Positions 1-10,575 of a stretch of 64,000 nucleotides of DNA are shown piece by piece. The notes below the pieces were generated by a model, which worked only from the letters and a program-made list of their open reading frames with translations, was not told where the DNA came from and did no database searches. Numbering within the stretch: position 1 is the stretch's first letter; each line of letters opens with the position of its first letter. The DNA is taken from contig OZ037846.1 of the NCBI GenBank assembly GCA_964035575.1, positions 186,001 to 250,000 of the forward strand. Reading direction: 5' to 3'. Both the position numbers and the translations under genes were made by a program. Origin of the DNA: Rhynchopus sp. YZ270_cl-10 (Eukaryota).

Positions 1-45
1 GTTCTCGTCCAATGTAGTGTCCACATCCACGTGTCGCTTCGACAT
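1..45 (-). CDS. 5' end of a gene running off the window (MSKRHVDVDTTLDEN...)
   Basis: ATG at 45-43 preceded by an A-rich context and a CA-rich tract like other genes here; same strand as all host genes; only 15 codons visible. Confidence 0.35.
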   Translation of the reverse strand, partial: MSKRHVDVDTTLDEN

Positions 46-1019
46 GGTTTTTATTTAGTATGCTGGTGGGTGGTGTGTTCTTCTCTCCTAATTGAGGGCT
101 AACACACGACGACCCTTCTGAGTTCTGACAGTTCGTTTGAGCACCTGGTGTCTGAATATGCCTAGGGGGGTTCCGACCTAGGGGCTATCAAATGGGGTAA
201 CATTGGGATTTTTTTCAAATAAAAAACGTGTTTCTGTGTTCTGATGATGAAATCCACCCCACAGCCCCATAAAAATGACACATGAGCCCAAAAACCCCGG
301 TTTTGGGGTGATACTCCTGGGGGGGTGGGGTGGAAATCAGAAGTGCCTCGTGCCTGGGTCGGAAGACGTTTGGCAAAAAGGCTCTTCAGAAACAAAAGTT
401 GACTTGAACTACAACAGCCCTCTCGTGACAGTGTGTACCTTTGGTACATCTGCACCGGGTGGAAACAAGATTTTGATCCTAAACCTCTCTGTGCTTAGAA
501 CCGTTGGGAACCGTCGGGGGGGCGCAGTGTTCGCTCTGCAACGCCACTAAAAGGTTAACATTGAAAGCAGAAGATGAACGAGGAACCAAATACTCACAGT
601 GTTCCAGCTACATACTACCTTCAAGCAAGCTGCCCCCTTACCCCATCCCGTCAGTTGGCACAACGGAAGCACTTCAAAAGACAGCCACGCCCGGAAGAGG
701 TGGGTTTATTTTGTGCTGTTCTGGAAAAAGTAAGTGTAAAAAAAAAAAATAGTGTACTTTGTGTCCACTTCTTTCTGAGCGACCCTTCCCTCCCTCCCCC
801 TTTTTTTGCGACAAAAAAAAAGGCATTTGAAAAGAGTGTAACGGTACCCACAAAACAAATAGGCGAGGAACCGGGGGGGGGAAAGAGAGAGGTGTCTACA
901 CGTCATCAATTAATCAAACGTACCAAAAAATACCGTGAGGTTTGAGACGAACCTCACGAAATGACCGCATTTTTGTATTAATGTAGCCACCCTAAGTGTG
1001 CTCCAGTATTTTCATCCAC

Positions 1020-3128
1020 TCAACACACAAGCCGATAGACGTCGTGGCTCCCTTTGTGCGGGACCAGCACATCCCCGAGGGAGGTGGTGACGTGCCCCTC
1101 TGGTGGTGCGAAGAGACACACATTGCCACAGCGCACAGCCTCCTCGCAGAGCGTCCAGGAGCGGCGCACGCAGCGGCCGACGACGGTCACGAAGCGTTGG
1201 CTGCGTGCTCCGACGTCGCCGTGCTGCACGACCCCGCTGACGAGACCTGCGCCGTTGACAACGCAGGAGGCGTTCATGAGACGCGAGACAAAGCGCACCG
1301 CCGCTTCTGTGTGCGCTGGCGCAGAGCGTGTCACGTTCCACCCAACGCAGACGTAGCTGCCCAGGAGCGTGACCACCACACCACCGCTCTGATCCAAGGC
1401 TACTGTCAGTGTGGTCAGCGCAACGCTCATGTTGTGCAGCGCAACGGGGCTCTGCTCGTCGCCAACAGACAGCTCTGTGACACCAACCGTGGCGGAGACC
1501 AGGCGTGCCGACCCAGCGATGATCCTGCTTGCCTCGCCAGCCAGATCGCTGCGCTCTGTGGCGCGGGAACGGAGTGAGCTCGCAAGAGAGTCGCAGCATG
1601 TGTCGTCTGGGGCAGCGCGTCCTGTGGTTGGGTCGCGGAGGAAGACGTGCTTGCGTCCTGCAAGTGACTTAGCCCATATGTTCGAGACAAACGTGTTTCC
1701 AGACACACCCTTCAAATCAAGAGCCGCAGTATCACCAACTATGCCGTTGCAACCATTGCATTCAGAAGACCACAATGCAGAGCAAATCGCCACAGCGCCA
1801 GGTGAGCAAATGGTTTCAAGGCGTGATGCGACGTTGACAGTGTGTCCGAAGTAGTCCATGCGTCCAGTGAGTGTGTTCAGCTCCGCAGTGACAGGCCCTG
1901 TGTTGATCCCAATGCGGACAGTGAGGCCACACCACAGCAAGCCCTGCTTAGCGCAGATCGGTGCGTCCTCCATAAGAGACGGCGGCCACTCCGCCTCGCG
2001 CAGCCGTTCGTGCACCTTCAGCGCAAAGTCCATCCCGTCCTGTGTCGTCGCAAAGGCAATCATGAAGGCGTCGCCAATCGTCTTCACCTCGTAGCCGCCG
2101 AAGGTGTGCATCACGTCCCGTATCACAGTGTTGTGGATGCGCAGCCCAGCACGCATCCCGTCAGGTGCAGCTTCCCAGATCGACGTAGACGCACGGATGT
2201 CTGTAAAGACGATGGTTGCTACGTTGTCCAGCCCTGGCGGTACAACGGCGTTGCGTCGGACGCTACTGACGTCCTCTGCATCCATCTCCTCAAACAGCGC
2301 AGCAGGGAGGTAGGGACGGTACTTCCGCAGGTTGCCCTCCATCTTGCGCAGCGTTGCGTGCATCTCCTCTGGGAGCAGCGTCTCCTGTGCATCAAGCATG
2401 CGCGCCACACCCTCCACGTCGTACCTTGCCAGCAGCGACGCAATCTCCTGCACAGCGTTGATCGTACGCTGCATGGCTGCTTGCTCCTTCACTATCACAC
2501 TTGCAAAGCCTCTTGTCGCTAGAAAATCTATCACAAACACTTGCAACGAAACGAACAAATACACCAACCGATTATTCCGTCCACATGGAACACTATCGCA
2601 CTGCGACAGCTCCGCCAACCGCTCTCTTCTCTCTGAATACGACAGCAGACCTGGAAGGTCGAGCAGGCCAAACCTGAAACGCTCCTCCATCGCCATCACC
2701 ACAATCCACACCACACTCGCACACACGAACCAGAAGCAGCACCGAGGGTCCACCTGCATTACAAGCAGCAGGTCCACCACAAGCACCAAGAGGATCGCGG
2801 TTTCGGAGCCTGCACAGCGCGCCGTCAGGTCTGCCAGCGCAATGTTCACACCATGCCCCAGCACCACGCCCAGGATCACCTTCGTGGTCAATTCCTTCTT
2901 GAATAGTACCGCTGCCATGGCAAAGCACCCAGCACATAGACCAGTCACCAAGGCTACAACGAGAACGTACCGTTCCTTCACATCAAGCAGGATGACGATA
3001 AGGTACAGAAGCACAAACATCACCTCAACAGCATTGATCCAGAAGAACAGATATCGGCGGCGCCGTTCGCGTACGGTCACTGTGCCGTCCATCGTGAGCG
3101 AAGGTTCAAGCCACTCAAATGCTTTCAT
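1020..3128 (-). CDS. Membrane-anchored class III adenylate cyclase (multi-TM N-terminus, one intact cyclase domain plus a degenerate C-terminal cyclase-like domain)
   Basis: 702-aa ORF; about 5-6 hydrophobic segments; motifs TIVFTDIRAST (Asp1), YEVKTIGDAFM (Lys, Asp2), RMDYFGHTVNVASRLE (Asp, Asn, Arg) typical of trypanosomatid/fungal-type ACs. Confidence 0.9.
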   Translation of the reverse strand: MKAFEWLEPSLTMDGTVTVRERRRRYLFFWINAVEVMFVLLYLIVILLDVKERYVLVVALVTGLCAGCFAMAAVLFKKELTTKVILGVVLGHGVNIALADLTARCAGSETAILLVLVVDLLLVMQVDPRCCFWFVCASVVWIVVMAMEERFRFGLLDLPGLLSYSERRERLAELSQCDSVPCGRNNRLVYLFVSLQVFVIDFLATRGFASVIVKEQAAMQRTINAVQEIASLLARYDVEGVARMLDAQETLLPEEMHATLRKMEGNLRKYRPYLPAALFEEMDAEDVSSVRRNAVVPPGLDNVATIVFTDIRASTSIWEAAPDGMRAGLRIHNTVIRDVMHTFGGYEVKTIGDAFMIAFATTQDGMDFALKVHERLREAEWPPSLMEDAPICAKQGLLWCGLTVRIGINTGPVTAELNTLTGRMDYFGHTVNVASRLETICSPGAVAICSALWSSECNGCNGIVGDTAALDLKGVSGNTFVSNIWAKSLAGRKHVFLRDPTTGRAAPDDTCCDSLASSLRSRATERSDLAGEASRIIAGSARLVSATVGVTELSVGDEQSPVALHNMSVALTTLTVALDQSGGVVVTLLGSYVCVGWNVTRSAPAHTEAAVRFVSRLMNASCVVNGAGLVSGVVQHGDVGARSQRFVTVVGRCVRRSWTLCEEAVRCGNVCLFAPPEGHVTTSLGDVLVPHKGSHDVYRLVC

Positions 3129-4034
3129 TGTTTATTTTTTATTTTGTTTCTTGTGTGGAAAAAAAGTAGGACACTTTTCTAGTGTAGTTTGTTTTTTGTT
3201 GTGTAATTGAATACTGTTATGTCATTTGTGTTGGAGCAAGAATTTGGGAGGTGGGATTGGGCGAAAAAAAAAAAACATAGATTGAGAGGATAGGTAGGGG
3301 CTGTGATGTGCTATTGATGATTTGGTACGCAGAAATCACTGAGGGCGTGGGGGAGGATCAGTGAAGGATATTTTAGAACCAACTACACGACGCTGCATGC
3401 GGGACTTGGCATGATCAAAGAGCACAACTTCTTTACAAAGTCTTCACAGGGTCAGGGTCACATATTACAGAAAGTGTCGCTTGTCGTCCCCTTCTTGTAG
3501 TTATTTGATGCGTTGACGCTTCCACACACATTAATCTCACCTGTTGAGTGGTGGTGTTGCGGAGCAAGTGAACGACGTTGACACTCCACTCACAAAGTAG
3601 CGTGCGTAACAATAAAAATTACCCCTGAACAAGTTTTTACAAAGTCTACGGTACTATGTTACCTTTGACAACACCATGACATGTCAGACATGGTAAAAAC
3701 GATGATGTATCAAATACACACGTCATCCGACGCAAGCGAGGGAGACACAATCATAGAACAAATAGAATAGACTATAGACAACAATTGTAGGGCAGCAGTG
3801 CCCCCCTTCCGCGCAGGTATACTATAGTAGGTAAAAAAAGGTGCCCTCCGAAAAGAGAAAAAAAAAAATGCACATTGCACAAAACAAATACACGCGTGGT
3901 CAGAATAACCTTTCAATATAATATTATTGAAAGACACCTGCTGTCAACTTCGTTCTGCTGCACCCTATTTGCCAGTAAACCAAGAACTGTGAAACTGTGT
4001 GGGTTCAAACAGTGTTTTATTTATTTCGTGTCAG

Positions 4035-4206
4035 ACAGTTTCCGTAGGCGCGTAAAAAGTGAAAAAAATACGCGCGTAAAAAAAATCAGAAAAAAGTGCG
4101 TACGCGCGTTTTAAAAAAAAGAGAGAAGTCTCTTTTTTTACGCGCGTAAATGACGCCTTTTTCCTCTTACGCGCAGAAAAAGGGCCTATGCGCATACGGA
4201 AACTGT
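4035..4206. mobile_element. Small MITE-like inverted-repeat element
   Basis: ACAGTTTCCGTAGGCG ... CGCATACGGAAACTGT ends; internal CGCGTAAAAA repeats; no clear TSD. Confidence 0.45.
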
Positions 4207-4244
4207 GATCACCTTGCAAAAGGGAAAAAAAAAGGCATCATGGA

Positions 4245-5362
4245 CAGGGCTCTCAAGATCCTCCACGAAAAAAGCAGAATTTTCGAAATGAGGAGGATTC
4301 ATTTTTGCAAAAAAAAAACCCCAAAAAAAAAAATTTTCCCCCGCAACAAGCGGTCGTCGCGCGCTTCGCGCGCGCCTCCCTGACAGGGGAGAGCGGAGAG
4401 GCGAGTCAATTTTGCGAAATAATAAAAAAAAACGGAAATCTAAAGGGGCCCCCCGAATAAGTTCTTTATTTGGGGGGTGGTTGCTCGAAGAATAAAAGAA
4501 GTTATTTGGAATCGAAGTTATTTGGGGGGGAAGTTATTTGGGCAAAAAACACCGTACCATAATTTTTTTTCGCCTGCGGCGCCATTTTTTTCTGCTTTTT
4601 TTTGCTCCGCAAAAAAAATATACAGTAGTACTGGGTACACTATCAGTTTGGAGGAAATTTTTGAAAAATAAAAAAGGAAGTGGAAGGGGGCGAAGTTATT
4701 CGGTAACTTTTTCGGCACCTAAAATCTGGAAAAAAAAGAAGTTATTTGGGAAAATGCCTATTATTTGGGGGGGAACTTATTCGGGGGGCCCCTTTAATCC
4801 TTTCTCTTGCACCATACGCTCTACGAACCGTACAAAACCAATACGTCTTCCAGAAGCAGGGGCTGATGCAACGGCGGGCCATTTTTTTAAAAATGGCAAA
4901 ATTTTTGCAGCTTTGGCCAAGTTGTATTTTTTGGCTGCAAAATGCAAGGGTATCCAAAGACATTGCCAACTCTATTTTTTTGCGGAGCAAAAAAAATAAT
5001 ATAAATGGCGCCGCAGGCGAAAAAAAATTAGGGTACGGTGTAAAAATGCTTCCTTTTACACCACATAATCACTCAGCGAACCCTTTTTTTGAGTAGCAAA
5101 AAATGAAAATGGCGCCGCAGGCAAATTTTTTTTTAAGGTGCAGCCCTGGACGGTGCATACAAGCTCGGGAAAATATTGGCTCCCTCGGGGGAGACAAAGT
5201 GACCCCCACTATAAAACCCCTAGGAGGATAATCCTCCACCCGAGCCCGCCAAAAAAAAAAAAAAAAATGGAGGAAATCCTCCACCAAAAAAGCCTGAAAA
5301 AAAAAAAAAAAAAGCCCCTGGAGGAAATATCCTCCCCTACGTGGAGGATCTTGAGAGCACTG
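4245..5362. mobile_element. Non-autonomous hAT-like DNA transposon
   Basis: TIRs CAGGGCTCTCAAGATCCTCCACG / CGTGGAGGATCTTGAGAGCACTG; perfect 8-bp TSD ATCATGGA at 4237-4244 and 5363-5370; no coding capacity. Confidence 0.85.
4441..4796. mobile_element. MITE nested in the hAT-like element (possibly Kolobok/TTAA-type)
   Basis: TAAAGGGGCCCCCCGAATAAGTTC ... GAACTTATTCGGGGGGCCCCTTTA inverted termini; internal AAGTTATTTGG repeats. Confidence 0.6.
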
Positions 5363-6071
5363 ATCATGGATCGCCTGGCAATTTTTTTTAAAAGCGGGAA
5401 AGATGAGTACAAAACCTACAGATTTTTTAGATGACCCTAAGCCTCTCGTGCTTAGTCACCTTTTTGTCAAGGCTTGAAGGAAGAAGAGTAGAGTTGAAAT
5501 ACAAAGCCCTCTCGTGAACAGTGCACCTTGGTACATGACTGGCTGTACCGGGGGGGTGGACACCCCAACCATGCTGTCCTGCGTTTACATCTGATAGAGA
5601 AAGTCGATGAAACATACAGACACCCTTCTGGGCAGCATCTTGGGCGCAGGTACAACAAGAAAATGTTGTAAATATGAAACGCCTCTTGTACGCACAGCCG
5701 TTCAGGTGGTTTCTTTCTAACACCAAATGATGTATAGTGCGAAGCCTCAGTGGACTATATAGAAACCACAGAGGAGCACTGAAGAGAAAAAAAAGTTTTG
5801 GTAAAGATAAAACCTAGCCACGTCTTATCTTAGTATCTTGTATCAAAAAAGAAATCAACATTTTAGATGATCCTTAGTCACCTAATAAAAATCCTTCAGA
5901 ATGGAGCAAAAAAAAAATATGCTAGAAAACTGTCATTATTATTTTTTTTAACCCTTGCAAAAATGGCTTTATTTTGTAAATTTTTTGGGAGAAAAAAAAA
6001 AGAAGATTTGATAGGCTACACTTCAAAGGCTGCTAATTTATTTTCCTTCTTTTTTCCCCCCTTTATTTTCC

Positions 6072-7148
6072 TCACTGCTTCGGCTGGATGGTCTCCGTCA
6101 CGTCCACGATCCCCAGATCATTTGTGACTATCCGCACCTTCCAGGGCTCGGTCGTTGCGTTCAACTTCGTCACATCCACCATCTTCCAGGTCATATCGTG
6201 CATCGTCCTGTAGTACGTCCTCCCAAGATGCGGTACCTGCAGAACTGACCAGATTGTCGCCTCAAAGTCGTACGGCACACCGGACACATTTTTAATCGCG
6301 ACACTCCCTTCCACAATCTGCACTGTGTTGATGATGGCGGTTCCTAGGGTAACAGCTTGGTCCAAGGTCACATGCGATTTTCCTTTCATCCCAAACTCCC
6401 TACCATAAAAGGATTTTACGAATCGAGACGGCGGGGAAGAGTCTCCTGGCATGCCGAGCAGCTGGGTGCCGAGGGAAACAGATTCGGGGATGTTTCCATG
6501 CTGGATGAGGTCTTTTGGGAGCATGCTGGAAAGGGCAACGTAGTTGTTCAAATTGGTTACCTGCCATTCAAAGGATGGGTCGTTGGTGAGCACCCCGACA
6601 GAGTTCTGCATCCAAGAGGGCACACCGTTGCCGATGTTGTATTCGAGCACCCAGACTTCTCCGGTTTTGTCAATCAGGTTCCAATGGCTTGCGCCGAAGT
6701 CAGCCTTGTCGGGAAGGTCGGTAACATTGAGGGTTGCAACCTTCTGCTTAGCCTCCGCAATGCTTTCGCAGTTTCCTAAGAGAAATCCCGCCATCTGAAG
6801 ATATTCCATGCCGTTGGCCCGGATCCCGGCGGGGTGGTATTTGGCGAGCTTCTGCTCCAGCATCTGCACAACAAGCCCTGCGGTGTTCTGCCCTTCCACA
6901 ACCAACCCATCCCCCAGGTTCAAATCCAGCGAGAAAAAGGCATGCTCGTTGACCCAGGAGAAGGTCGATATGATGGTCCCCATTTTCTCCCCTTTCGGGT
7001 GGAACGCAGCGACGGAGATGTCTTTCGCGTTGCCTGCGTATTCTAGTGTGCGCGCGACGAGAGGGAATGATGCGCCATTGTGCTCCACGGGGATGGAGAC
7101 AGTGGTGCATGCGAGACTGCACGCGGTGTAGAGAACAGAGGTCAGCAT
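6072..7148 (-). CDS. Choloylglycine hydrolase / penicillin V acylase family Ntn hydrolase, intronless, with short N-terminal leader
   Basis: 358 aa from ATG 7148; MLTSVLYTACSLA then CTT (candidate catalytic Cys), ARTLEY, EGQNTAGL, HWNLIDKTG, VLTNDPSFEWQVTNLNNY, LGMPGDSSPPSRF motifs. Confidence 0.85.
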   Translation of the reverse strand: MLTSVLYTACSLACTTVSIPVEHNGASFPLVARTLEYAGNAKDISVAAFHPKGEKMGTIISTFSWVNEHAFFSLDLNLGDGLVVEGQNTAGLVVQMLEQKLAKYHPAGIRANGMEYLQMAGFLLGNCESIAEAKQKVATLNVTDLPDKADFGASHWNLIDKTGEVWVLEYNIGNGVPSWMQNSVGVLTNDPSFEWQVTNLNNYVALSSMLPKDLIQHGNIPESVSLGTQLLGMPGDSSPPSRFVKSFYGREFGMKGKSHVTLDQAVTLGTAIINTVQIVEGSVAIKNVSGVPYDFEATIWSVLQVPHLGRTYYRTMHDMTWKMVDVTKLNATTEPWKVRIVTNDLGIVDVTETIQPKQ

Positions 7149-7852
7149 TTTTTTTGATTTTTTTTTTGGGCTTTCCTGTGTGATTTTTTGAACAAAATAT
7201 AGAGTAGAGCAGAGCAACTGCATGTCGTTGCATTGAGGGGAGTAATGGAATAAAAGAGCAGTTGAAAGGGAAAAGTAAAAAAAACGCAGCGACGGAGATG
7301 TCTTTCGCGTTGCCTGCGTATTCTAGTGTGCGCGCGACGAGAGGGAATGATGCGCCATTGTGCTCCACGGGGATGGAGACAGTGGTGCATGCGAGACTGC
7401 ACGCGGTGTAGAGAACAGAGGTCAGCATTTTTTTTTTGATTTTTTTTTTTTTGGGCTTTCCTGTGTGATTTTTTGAACAAAATATATAGTAGCAGAGCAA
7501 CTGCATGTCGTTGCATTGAGGGGAGTAATGGAATAAAAGAGCAGTTGAAAGGGAAAAGTGAAAAAAACGCAGCGACGGAGATGTCTTTCGCGTTGCCTGC
7601 GTATTCTAGTGTGCGCGCGACGAGAGGGAATGATGCGCCATTGTGCTCCACGGGGATGGAGACAGTGGTGCATGCGAGACTGCACGCGGTGTAGAGAACA
7701 GAGGTCAGCATTTTTTTTGATTTTTTTTTTGGGCTTTCCTGTGTGATTTTTTGAACAAAATATAGAGTAGCAGAGCAACTGCATGTCGTTGCATTGAGGG
7801 GAGTAATGGAATAAAAGAGCAGTTGAAAGGGAAAAGTGAAAAAAAACGCAGC
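7003..7852. repeat. Three ~280-bp tandem copies of the Ntn-hydrolase 5' region (upstream sequence plus first ~48 codons)
   Basis: Units start at AACGCAGC 7003, 7283, 7566, and the motif recurs at 7845; near-identical apart from homopolymer lengths and small indels. Confidence 0.9.
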
Positions 7853-9561
7853 TCGGTCGTGCTCAAAAGGGGGGGGGGGGGGGGGGGGGGTGGGGTAGCG
7901 TGAGAGAAAAATAAAAAAAGGGGAAGCGGGTTGGGATCTTTTCTTTTATGAATATCATCCGTGACCCCTGCTGAAAGTAAAACAGAAAAAAACAAAAAAA
8001 ATGGAAAAGAACTAGTTTACCGTAGGAACCGACAGTAGGGGGGGGGGGCGGAGAGGGGGTGAGGGTTTGCAAAACGCTAAATCTTAAGTTCGCCTTTTTT
8101 TTTTACATCCGCATCTCGCATCTCGTGTGGGATTTTTGCACTTATTCGCCACACTCCCAGCCAAAGCATCATGCAGAATTTAAGTAGAGCTGACATACAA
8201 AGCCCTCTCGTGAACAGTGTACCTTGGTACATGACCCGAGTGTACCGGGGGTGGACACCCAACCATGCAGCCTAATCTCTTACATCCATTTGAGAAAACG
8301 CCCTTACACCAGAGATAAAAATCGGTGACCATTTAGCCCGGGTAACGTGCTATTTTTTTCCTTATTACAGAATATAAAAACGGCAACACTGCTCGATCCT
8401 GTTATGAAACCCAAAAAGCATGTAACCATGATACCCAGGGCACATGGTCGCCGTGATGGACAGTGTGTGTGGAGAGGGGGGGCCTCAGGGGGAGTGGAGC
8501 TCTCTCCAAAAGGGTCCATTTTACCCCACCACCCCAACACTTCTGCTTTCTTCTATTTTTTTTTATTCTGTGTAGATTTGAGAAGGCAGTTTTTTGTGGA
8601 GTTTTTGTGTACACCATACCAGCAGATTTCACCCTGAATATTAGTGCCTCTCTTCACGCTGTTTTATTGGTACATGGCTGGGATCCCCAATCATGGTGTG
8701 ATCGAAAACGCAAGCCTTTTACAGACTCTTTCACATAATGTTCACAGAGTAAAAAAGGGGGTCACAGTCAAAATATTAGAGGTGAAAACAATCCGGACCA
8801 AGTTTGTACAAAGTCGTTCTCTTCGACCACATCAGATTGGGTTCTCCAATAATAAAAAATCTGAGGACATTTGAATTTTCCGTTTTGGGCGTGGTCTAGT
8901 AGATGTCTTTTGTTTATGTGGTGTACTCTTTGTTTTTGCGATTTTGTGTTCTGCATTTTTTTTTAGCTTTTTAGATCCTTAACCAAAGCGATGTGCGAAC
9001 AAACTGAGACCATTTGAAGTTTCCGTTTTGGGCGTAAGGGGAGGATGTGAGGGGTGGTGGAGGGGGGGGTTAAAGCATTCTAAATAATGGGTAAAAATTA
9101 GGTCAAAGAAAAGACCGAATTATTCCTGGACAAAATATTTTGACAAAAAGTCTTTAAAATACATTCATATACTTACTATTTATATCACAAACAGTAAGCA
9201 CTAAAGGGTGTAACACGTACATCCTTTAAAAGAATGGAAAAAAAGCTCAGACCGTGGTGGGTATAGGTCAAATATATTCAATACTAAGCAAATATTGAAG
9301 GTGATGGAGGTACTATTGATTGAAGTATCAAACAATAAACGATCAAATTACTCCACCAAAAAAAAGAAAAGAAAGCCTTTCCCCCCCTCCTCTTTTCTAA
9401 AGAGGGGCTACCGCAGTTAGTGTTTGCAATGTGAAATCCTGTCTTTTTGCCATCTATTCATACATAAGGCGCATCAGGCGAGACGTGCCAGATTTATTTT
9501 CTGATAAAAAAATTTTTCTTTTTCGTTTTCTTGGAAAATGCTAGAGTTGTGCCCACTACAT

Positions 9562-9741
9562 CATACTTCGTGGTCCGCCTGAATCCGCCAAAAAAAAAAA
9601 ATCCTACCCAGACCCGCCCGTTGAGACGGACTCAGAACCCGAGACGGACCTGAGACGGACTCGGGCGGTCTCGCGACAGACTTTCAAAGTACGCCATAGT
9701 CCGTATCATCTCAGGCGGACTCCGGCGGAACACTAAGTATG
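9562..9741. mobile_element. MITE with internal GAGACGGAC repeats
   Basis: CATACTTCGTGGTCCGCC ... GGCGGAACACTAAGTATG imperfect inverted ends (TA-flanked). Confidence 0.5.
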
Positions 9742-9772
9742 CCAAACTAGGGGAATATCTCCGCTCTTTTTA

Positions 9773-10575
9773 TGGTGTGGCTGAACCCAAAAAAAAGGGT
9801 ATTATTTAGCAGTTTGTTAGCACTTTGTTAGCATGCATTTTTGGGGGGGTGGTGTATAAAAAATTTTTTCCCCACGGGTGTTGGAAAAAAAATTTTTTTT
9901 TTCGTTGGTGAGCTTTTTAACGCCGGCATTTGCATTTCCGAAATCCGTCCGGCCAGTGGTGGGGTCAATTCGCCGAAATGGACAAGTTCTCGTTTTTGGT
10001 CAATTTCCGCAGTATACACAGTATACACAGTATACACAGTATACACAGTATACACAGTATACACAGTATACACAGTATACACAGTATACACAGTATACAC
10101 AGTATACACAGTATACACAGTATACACAGTATACACAGTATACACAGTATACACAGTATACACAGTATACACAGTATACACAGTATACACAGTATACACA
10201 GTATACACAGTATACACAGTATACACAGTATACACAGTATACACAGTATACACAGTATACACAGTATACACAGTATACACAGCATACACAGCATACTCAG
10301 GGGGAAAACTCACTTTGTGGGCGTCGCAGGCGCACGGTACGCGTTTTTAGTGATTTTTTACAGCCCCGTTCTATGCGTTCTTTTGACTCAGCGAGTCGAT
10401 AGCGTTCAACGGTGGGGTCACACATGGGTATGCAAGAGTGGAGGCGCGCCAACAGGGGGAGTGGAAAAACCAAGGTAAAAAAATGTTTTTATACACCACC
10501 CCTAAAAAAAGGGTATTATTTAGCAGTTTGTTAGCAGTTCTTTAGCAGTGAAATTTGCTGGTTTCAGCCACACCA
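9773..10575. mobile_element. Non-autonomous TGG...CCA DNA transposon carrying the 9-bp satellite
   Basis: TIR TGGTGTGGCTGAA / TTCAGCCACACCA; 5-bp TSD TTTTA (9768-9772, 10576-10580); inner inverted repeat GGGGTGGTGTATAAAAA / TTTTTATACACCACCCC. Confidence 0.8.
10011..10298. repeat. (AGTATACAC)n 9-bp satellite, 30 perfect plus 2 variant units
   Basis: Direct reading; reverse complement of the array at 36535-41966. Confidence 0.98.

Noticed and set aside
10011..10298. Satellite as a CRISPR array or telomere
   Set aside because: No spacers, no cas genes, interstitial position, and not a G-rich telomeric unit
9828..10478. ORFs of YTV/SIH/QYT/LCI repeats (also 36434-36971 and 41675-42086)
   Set aside because: Artefacts of a stop-free 9-bp satellite
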